Below are positions 62,980-64,000 of a DNA stretch of 64,000 nt, one piece after another (position 1 is the stretch's first letter; each line of letters begins with the position of its first letter). The stretch covers positions 6,016,001-6,080,000 of the forward strand of contig NW_024704742.1 of assembly GCF_018977255.1 (NCBI RefSeq), written 5' to 3'. Source of the stretch: Callorhinchus milii (taxonomy: Eukaryota). The translations under genes were made by a program, and so were the position numbers. The notes under the pieces are model-generated. The model saw only the letters and a program-made list of their open reading frames with translations. It was not told where the DNA came from and ran no database searches.

Positions 62980-63930
62980 AACAACACAACAAAGGCAAAC
63001 ATCTTTCTCTAAAGATTGATCCAAGAACAACCTTGCTCATGATATCATAGGTGCTCTTGTTGACAGCTCTGTCAGAAGAATTTGCGAATTCTGTTTCTCG
63101 ACTGTCTCCGGCACCTGAAGATTTCCTGTCTGAATGGAAAGCAGGAAGCATTCAACAACAACAAATACAGCAACAAATTACATTTCAGGCCAATTCCCAG
63201 AGAGCATCAAAGTTTTGAGCCCAGCATCCCAACTGCCAATCATGTCACAGTTCAATTTATTGCAAAACACAATCACTGAAAAACAGTTGGAACATCTCAG
63301 TCTTGACCTGACCTCTGATTGTTAATTTGATGTCAATTCAACTTGTGATAACTTCCATTCATATAATTCCTTTCATCTCAAATAAACATCGCTAATCATT
63401 TTCAATCACACGGTCCAACATTTGAGCCACAGCCCTGTATCTATCACCCGATCAAATTTATGGTTCTCAGCGTATCCAAAGCCTTTACCAGGACATATTA
63501 TTGAACCTTATTAAGAGGTTCACTTGTGCATACCTGGTGAGCTAATGAACTGATCATGTAACCTTATTGTAGAATGCAAATGTAGTATAAGAAATTTAGC
63601 ATTTTTTCCCAGTCCGAAGGTAGGATTCTCTCAGGATAGCATGCTCTGTGATTCTCATCTTCATCAGCAACTTATTGGGCGTCCTCAGAGGCAATGCTCT
63701 TCTCTTTGTTGATGACAGCACACTCCACAGAAAGGGTCTATTTGCATTTAAAAAAGAAACAGTGATTAAATCATTGCAGGCAGATATGGAAAGACGTGGA
63801 TACAGTATTATGTGGATATGTCTGTATTCCAAGTGGATATGTCTGCAAAGCTCAAAGAACAAGTTAATAATTCTGTTGAACAACAATGTTACTCATCTGC
63901 CTAAAATCCGTAATGGTAAAAAGCCATAAT
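62980..63930 (+). mobile_element. Highly degraded non-LTR retrotransposon RT (CR1/Jockey group, clade uncertain)
   Basis: EEFANSVSRL...EWKA, FRPI, VSKAF, GFSQDSML-ILIFISNL and LLFVDDSTL (a FADD-equivalent motif) occur in RT order. Confidence 0.6.
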
Positions 63931-64000
63931 TCTTTCCAATAAGGTGTAAAAAGTATGTGCCCACACAAGAGCCTCCAAGGGATCAACTCCAATAATGTGA

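Noticed and set aside
1..64000. CRISPR array, operon or prokaryotic system
   Set aside because: There are no regularly spaced repeat-spacer units or gene-dense ORFs. The content is vertebrate repeat-rich non-coding DNA.

Overview
This is vertebrate nuclear DNA, most likely from a cartilaginous fish. That is inferred from the repeat repertoire, which resembles chimaera/shark families. I found no recognisable host protein-coding exon, rRNA, genuine tRNA or CRISPR array, so the window looks intergenic or deep-intronic. A large part is interspersed repeats. A young tRNA-Ala-headed SINE with a (TTA)n tail has about 12 copies with a head, in two subfamilies, plus about 20 5'-truncated tails. Older Deu-domain SINEs share the same L2-like tail. 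There are also decayed CR1, L2 and RTE LINEs, including a CR1 that keeps ORF1 esterase, endonuclease and the start of RT. Less obvious items: LF-SINE-like and AmnSINE2-like ancient SINEs, a Penelope-type inverted repeat enclosing a degenerate hammerhead core, a family of 200-330 bp palindromic MITE-like elements, several small templated or hairpin insertions, and a CpG-rich, SOX-motif-rich block with a 130-bp direct repeat followed by candidate non-coding exons. Family names come from recalled consensus sequences, not database searches, and repeat boundaries are approximate.
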